This document shows positions 30,001 to 33,850 of a stretch of 33,850 nt of DNA, piece after piece (the stretch's first letter is position 1; each line of letters opens with the position of its first letter). Source of the stretch: Gammaproteobacteria bacterium (lineage in GTDB: Bacteria; Pseudomonadota; Gammaproteobacteria; BMS3Bbin11); assembly GCA_033791885.1 (NCBI GenBank), contig JASJFV010000183.1, positions 1-33,850 on the forward strand. The letters are read 5' to 3'. The notes under the pieces were generated by a model. The model was not told where the DNA came from. It made no database searches and was given only the letters and a program-made list of their open reading frames with translations. A program made the position numbers and the translations under genes.

Positions 30001-30610
30001 CCAGCAACTTGATAATGGATTCCAGCGCGATGGCATGCATCATGCCCCTGTGGTGTTCGCTGGCATCAATCGTACGTGCACCAAACAGTATTGCAAAAAC
30101 AGCAAGGATGATGCTTAGTACAAAAGCCGTGTCCAGGTTCCATGATGTACCGCCCGTACCCGACAATGAGCCGGTAAGCTGTTCATAGGCGCCAACGATG
30201 GCTTTAATTTGTAGTGATATATAGGGCAGCGTGCCGATCAATGCGATGATAGTGACGATTGCAGCAACACGACGACTCTTGCCGTATCGGGTTGATATAA
30301 AGTCGGCGATAGTGGTGGTTTTCTGATGTTTGCTTACCGTAACCAGTTTACGGAGGAATGGCGTAAAAACCACGAAAACCAGTATCGGTCCCAGGTAAAT
30401 CGCAAAATAGTCCCAGCCAGACGTTGATGCATTACCAACGGCACCAAAATAAGTCCATGAGGTGCAGTAGATGGTAATTGATAATGTATAAATCAACGGC
30501 TGGTATCGTGAATATTCCTCCGCCGGATGCTGATCTCCCCGATACGCAATATAAAACAGGATTGCGAGATAGATCATTGTGCAAAGAATAACGATATCTT
30601 GGCTAATCAA
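27095..30610 (-). CDS. crbS: Hybrid sensor kinase with N-terminal sodium:solute symporter-like domain, PAS, HisKA/HATPase and receiver (CrbS/MxtR-like)
   Basis: IYCTSWTYFGAVG, IADFISTRYGKS, LPRQFHV; AASHDLTQP H-box, QNFVSNAVRYT, DSGIGI, GLGLAI; C-terminal receiver. Confidence 0.85.
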   Translation of the reverse strand: MISQDIVILCTMIYLAILFYIAYRGDQHPAEEYSRYQPLIYTLSITIYCTSWTYFGAVGNASTSGWDYFAIYLGPILVFVVFTPFLRKLVTVSKHQKTTTIADFISTRYGKSRRVAAIVTIIALIGTLPYISLQIKAIVGAYEQLTGSLSGTGGTSWNLDTAFVLSIILAVFAILFGARTIDASEHHRGMMHAIALESIIKLLAFCIIASLAVVMIFDISLNSDSAPDPLTIMFSPFRDWELSTAFITRTLLAATAIICLPRQFHVMAVEGKGDEINTARWGFPVYLLIFSIAVIPIVAAGIQILESRENADLFVLSLPMTDGNTFLAVVSYIGGFSAATGMVIVAAIALSTMVSNDLIFPLILRYIKTEHGQDFSKTLLLIRRTTILILMILAYGYYQIAASNRPLYSIGLLSFAAAVQFMPAIIGGLYWKKAHRNGTFWGMTAGFIIWLYTLLLPSLSSAPFLPDDFLAGGFIGIAWLSPQALFGIGFDDYLTHGVFWSLLFNISFYIFMSLRAEANFTDKLQASAYVEQSDKPPAQPHRTKISFRIQDLFELCSRFTGEDRTRRFFLEHGYDVDVSSEKLADQEIIKQAEHLLTSSIGGATAEHLIRTAASDIESEDELFHLLGTTGEAIQFNREILQTAIDNINQGVSVVDQHLCLTAWNRTYVELFDFPDNFLQPGKPIEDVIRYNAERGLGSMSSIPRSQHENEIHKRMNYLRHGQPYSFVRHWHDGRVIQTRGARMPDGGFITTFTDITELKQAERELEATNLNLERKVDERTEMLSMVNLELQEAKQRAEDATKSKTHFLAAASHDLTQPLSASKLYMSALREDLAVEGDSDKESLARNALSALTTAESLLKALLDISRLDSGSMKPDISRFPLQQIFTAIDNEFSVLATEKNIRLRVVPSSMGTRSDITLLRSVLQNFVSNAVRYTNKGSVMVVGRREGGNIRIEVRDSGIGIPDEHAAAIFQEFQQLKESSEGAGLGLAICERMAGLLGHEINMRSAPGIGSCFSITVPRCKAKAVKADTYDYQNFQKRWLEGIQILCVDDDREILNATRTVLERWGAHVTCLQDANLFDELAEDEQDFDVVLMDYQLNDGHKGLDLLKNYQRKHDSFLGVIVTAEQDHQLEEDTLLLGFKYLAKPVEPAKLRATLQAAFIDRKLAAEAGP

Positions 30611-31158
30611 AGTAAATCTCTATGTCTAGGGAACCTCTGATTAATTATGCCATATCTCTGGCTTAAAGCTTGATTCACAATCAAGGCGAAGCTTTGAAAG
30701 CATGCCTGGGCCTGGTGAAAAGTGACAACGAAGAGTGTGAATCAAGCAGTAAGCCCCGTAGGGCAAGGTCTGAAACGGCACAGCTACGGCATTGTGCTTC
30801 TTGCAAAGGACATGGCCATTCACTGCGAAGCACGCTTTGTCGCTGGCCATTTCAGGACTTGCAGAGGTATAGCATAATTAATCAGAGGCTCCCTAGTAGT
30901 TATTGATGAAACTCTGGTATCCAGCGATAGCGTCTTTGGGTCAGATTATGGCCTATTTTTTTTATTATTGTCGCGTGTCTTAAGAATAATCATCGGCATC
31001 ATGACCTTCAACGGCCTGCATTATGGGTACATTTTCAGGTACACCTTCGAACAACATAAAACGCATTTAAACAGTAGACCGACGGATTGAGTATACGTTA
31101 ATGTATTGTTTTAACGACGTTTAGGTGTGCACCTATTCGTGTCGGGATTATTGTTCAC

Positions 31159-31209
31159 GGACTCATAATCCCCTGGTCCGGGGTTCGACTCCCTATGAGC
31201 CCACCAACA
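31159..31209 (+). repeat. Distal att site: partial 3' copy of tRNA-Ile2
   Basis: GGACTCATAATCCCCTGGTCCGGGGTTCGACTCCCTATGAGCCCACCAACA, 46/51 identical to 18827-18877; lacks the tRNA 5' half. Confidence 0.88.
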
Positions 31210-31211
31210 CC

Positions 31212-31244
31212 AGGGTCAGTTTTTTTTAACCTGGCCCTTTTTTT
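31212..31244 (+). terminator. Rho-independent terminator following the distal att copy
   Basis: AGGGTCAG...CTGGCCCT stem followed by a T run. Confidence 0.65.
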
Positions 31245-31292
31245 ATGGAATGGCTTTCCAATTTTCGAGTGATAAGGCTATTATGCTAAATC

Positions 31293-31964
31293 ATGATCGA
31301 ACAGCTTAAAGACAACTTTTTATTCGCACGACTGACTGCGGAACAAATGGATCGCGTTGTATCTCTTGCTGAGCTCATACAGCTTGATGAGGGAGCACAC
31401 CTGTTTGAGCAGGGTGATGATGCCAAACGATTTTTCCTCGTCGTTTCCGGACAGATAAAGTTATTTAGACTGTCGCAAGATGGAAATGAAAAGGTCATCG
31501 AAATCTTCAATGCCGGAAAAACCTTTGGTGAAGCATTGATGTTTCTTGAGCATCCTCGCTACCCTGTCTGTGCCAGCGCCCTTATAGATTCAAAAGTGAT
31601 ATCGCTTAACTCAACAGATTTTGTTGCCATGCTAAGAGAGTCTATTGACAGCTGCTTTTTGTTAATGGGTGATATGAGCCAGAGGCTGCATGGGCTGATA
31701 AAAGAAATTGACGACCTGAGCCTGCAGAGCGGTACACGTCGTGTAGCATCTTACCTTATTAATACTGCATGCCACGGCAGTGATGACTTCGAACTTGATA
31801 TTCCGAAAGGTGTCATGGCATCACGCCTGTCATTAAAGCCTGAAACCTTCTCCCGCATCATACGCAACCTGCATGACAGAAACATACTCACTGTAACACG
31901 AAAAAATATCGTCATTCACAATCGTGCGGAGTTACAGGCTATTGCTGATGCCGCTGAGTTATAA
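31293..31964 (+). CDS. Crp/Fnr family transcriptional regulator (Dnr-like, no N-terminal FNR Cys cluster)
   Basis: LFEQGD, GQIKLFR, GKTFGEALMF, ASRLSLKPETFSR HTH. Confidence 0.9.
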   Translation: MIEQLKDNFLFARLTAEQMDRVVSLAELIQLDEGAHLFEQGDDAKRFFLVVSGQIKLFRLSQDGNEKVIEIFNAGKTFGEALMFLEHPRYPVCASALIDSKVISLNSTDFVAMLRESIDSCFLLMGDMSQRLHGLIKEIDDLSLQSGTRRVASYLINTACHGSDDFELDIPKGVMASRLSLKPETFSRIIRNLHDRNILTVTRKNIVIHNRAELQAIADAAEL

Positions 31965-32000
31965 CTTCACTGGACAGAATCACATAGAAATTTAATAAGA

Positions 32001-32054
32001 AAAGTCCTGTACCCGGTTTATAACAATGTTATAAAAATCCGAGTACAGGACTTT
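32001..32054. repeat. Long imperfect inverted repeat downstream of the Crp/Fnr gene
   Basis: AAAGTCCTGTAC...TTTATAAC-AAT-GTTATAAA...GTACAGGACTTT. Confidence 0.6.
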
Positions 32055-32289
32055 GTGCCAGAGAAAAATGCATCATCCATAATAAAAGCAGCACATCAAG
32101 AAGCCCACATGCATGCTTGCCGATATCCTTATCAGCGTTACATTTTTACGGCACAGCAGGACTTTATAGAACTTGAGTCGATAAAGATGTGACTTATTCA
32201 CGTTTTGAGAAAAAAAACATCTTTCTGATATTTCACTTTTCTATGAGTGTATTTCTTTTTTCTATTTTGCTCTGTTGTTCAGCTTTAGA

Positions 32290-32884
32290 TTTCGCCCATA
32301 AAGGCGAGTATCTTTTCTTTGCTTATCCAAAGAAAAGTCACCAAAAGAAAGGATACCCGACATGCACGCCCTGCAGGTGCCCTGCGATGCTCGACTGAAC
32401 CGGCGGGATGTGAACTCGCTGTCGCTCGGACAGCACATCCCGACATCCCCGTCTCATCCTGTGCTTCTCGGCGAGCCTGAACGGGAGATTTTTAAATCAA
32501 GAGAAAATACGATGACCAAAGATAAAAAAATCATTATCGTCATTCTGGCATGCCTCTGGCCGGAAGCCATCCTTTTACTCTTTCTGGATACCGGCCTACG
32601 CCGGTATGACGATTGTGTGTTCTGGATGGGTGATCTTTCTTGTCAGGTTCCATTGAACAGATTTTTAATTGGTTCTTGATGCATCCTTCCTTTTTGTGTT
32701 GTCGAGCACTGGAGGCTTAGAGCGGAATCGCGCGAGGACTGTTTGAGCGATAGCGAGTTCCACAGCGCCCGCTCTAAGCTGAAGCGCACAGAGAAGCCGG
32801 AGGCCAACATGGTAGGGTGGCTTTTCTTTTGGTACCTTTTCTTTGGCCACTGAAAGAAAAGATACTCGCCCATAAAGGGTGAAA
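32290..32884. repeat. Composite structured non-coding element, copy 2, inverted (arm B ~32290-32487, central palindrome 32538-32611, arm A ~32689-32884)
   Basis: Reverse complement aligns module by module with 7027-7628. Confidence 0.85.
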
Positions 32885-33008
32885 CACTCGGCAGTGTGCT
32901 AGCACAATAGAGAACAAGAAATGAACCCACCCATGAAGGACTAAAATCTAACTAAGACTTATACACTAGTATAAAAACTAGCCCTGTAATAGCAAAAAAC
33001 TCAACAAG

Positions 33009-33488
33009 CTACACCGGTGATTTCTGGTCTTCCCTGATGGGGAGGTTAAGCATTTCCCATGTGTCATCCGCGTCCATTTCTTCATCATTGGCATTAAACA
33101 ATGGCTGGTCATAATCATTCCATCCTTTGATGCCTGTCTTTAGTGAAACAACAGAACGGTAACCCATCATTTGCATAACCGAACATGCGAGCACGCTTCG
33201 GTAACCCGAGCGACAGATCACAACAACATCTCTTTCACGTGCAGTAACAAGTTCAGGTTCCGTTTCCTCATAGTCATACTCACAGGCAGACTCCAGGACG
33301 CCTCTCGGTACACTGATAGAGTTTGCAATATGTGCCACGTTAAATTCATCCGGCTCTCTTACATCCAGAAGTAATGGTGTTTTGGTTTCCAGCATTTCGG
33401 CAAGGTCCCACGGCATGATTTCATCTACTCTGTTATGTTCAGAATCCAGACACGCCTGAACCAGAGCCTTGTATGTCGCTGTTATCAT
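33009..33488 (-). CDS. Rhodanese-like sulfurtransferase domain protein
   Basis: LLDVREPDEF, HIANS, VPRGVLE, active-site ICRSGYRS. Confidence 0.9.
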   Translation of the reverse strand: MITATYKALVQACLDSEHNRVDEIMPWDLAEMLETKTPLLLDVREPDEFNVAHIANSISVPRGVLESACEYDYEETEPELVTARERDVVVICRSGYRSVLACSVMQMMGYRSVVSLKTGIKGWNDYDQPLFNANDEEMDADDTWEMLNLPIREDQKSPV

Positions 33489-33576
33489 TTCATAACCTTA
33501 TTATTTTAGAGTTTTATAGCAGGCAAACAAAAACATAGTGCTGCTATCGTATTCGCTTATTTAACTGGGAAGGATA

Positions 33577-33607
33577 AAAGAAAAACGGGCGCCTGACAGG
33601 CGCCCGT
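33577..33607 (-). terminator. Rho-independent terminator of the histone-like gene
   Basis: ACGGGCGCCT-GAC-AGGCGCCCGT 10-bp stem with a U-tract on the minus strand. Confidence 0.8.
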
Positions 33608-33648
33608 AAACGGAATTAACTTAAGACAGCTTTATTGTTAGCTCTCTA

Positions 33649-33850
33649 TTAACTGGCCACCTGCTTCTTAGTAGTCTTCTTGACCGCCTTTTTCTTAACT
33701 GCCTTCTTAACCGCCTTTTTCTTAACAGCTTTCTTAACCACCTTTTTCTTAACTGCCTTCTTAACCGCCTTTTTCTTAACTGCCTTCTTAACCGCCTTTT
33801 TCTTAACAGCTTTCTTAACTGCCTTTTTCTTAACGGCTTTCTTTACTGCT
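33649..33850 (-). CDS. C-terminal part of a Lys/Ala/Val-rich histone-H1-like protein; partial, absent from the ORF track
   Basis: Minus-strand frame reads (AVKKAVKKK)n...TTKKQVAS-stop; third-position variation among repeats; followed by a terminator. Confidence 0.8.
   Translation of the reverse strand, partial: AVKKAVKKKAVKKAVKKKAVKKAVKKKAVKKAVKKKVVKKAVKKKAVKKAVKKKAVKKTTKKQVAS

Noticed and set aside
21053-30188. Many 60-140 aa antisense ORFs over the ABC, kinase and other genes
   Set aside because: Shadow frames of well-supported genes with no recognisable motifs.
30670-30906. HSLRSTL as a tyrosine recombinase HxxR remnant near the distal att
   Set aside because: Only a short motif with no other recognisable integrase residues; not supportable without a search.
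31159-31209. A second functional tRNA
   Set aside because: The 5' acceptor strand and D-arm are absent; it is an att duplicate.

Overview
A 33.85 kb chromosomal window from a Gammaproteobacterium (inferred from the folK-folB-tsaD / rpsU-yqeY-dnaG-rpoD-tRNA-Ile2 gene order and an rsd homologue). The left end holds cell-surface genes (GT2, FkbM methyltransferase, ArnT-like GT with a BNR/sialidase-like protein and a membrane protein), then phhB, a DyP peroxidase, uppP, a MidA-type methyltransferase, a pteridine reductase and a sulfotransferase. After the rpoD operon, a decayed ~12.3 kb island sits in tRNA-Ile2(CAT), bounded by a 51-bp direct repeat, with a frameshifted integrase stump and matching arm-like sites. 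It carries two universal stress proteins, a five-gene HAAT-family ABC importer and a CrbS/CrbR (MxtR/ErdR)-type two-component system, with a perfect GAC-N4-GTC palindrome in the shared promoter region. The right end has a Crp/Fnr regulator, a rhodanese and a partial histone-H1-like gene missed by the ORF track. The most unusual signal is a ~600-bp non-coding composite element present twice in inverted orientation (7027-7628 and 32290-32884). Each copy has two outward-reading structured arms around a CGTC-type palindromic repeat. All four arms end in a covarying H-type pseudoknot whose U-rich linker is an exact parallel match for an 8-step pyrimidine-motif triple helix. All alignments and folds were done by eye, with no database searches.
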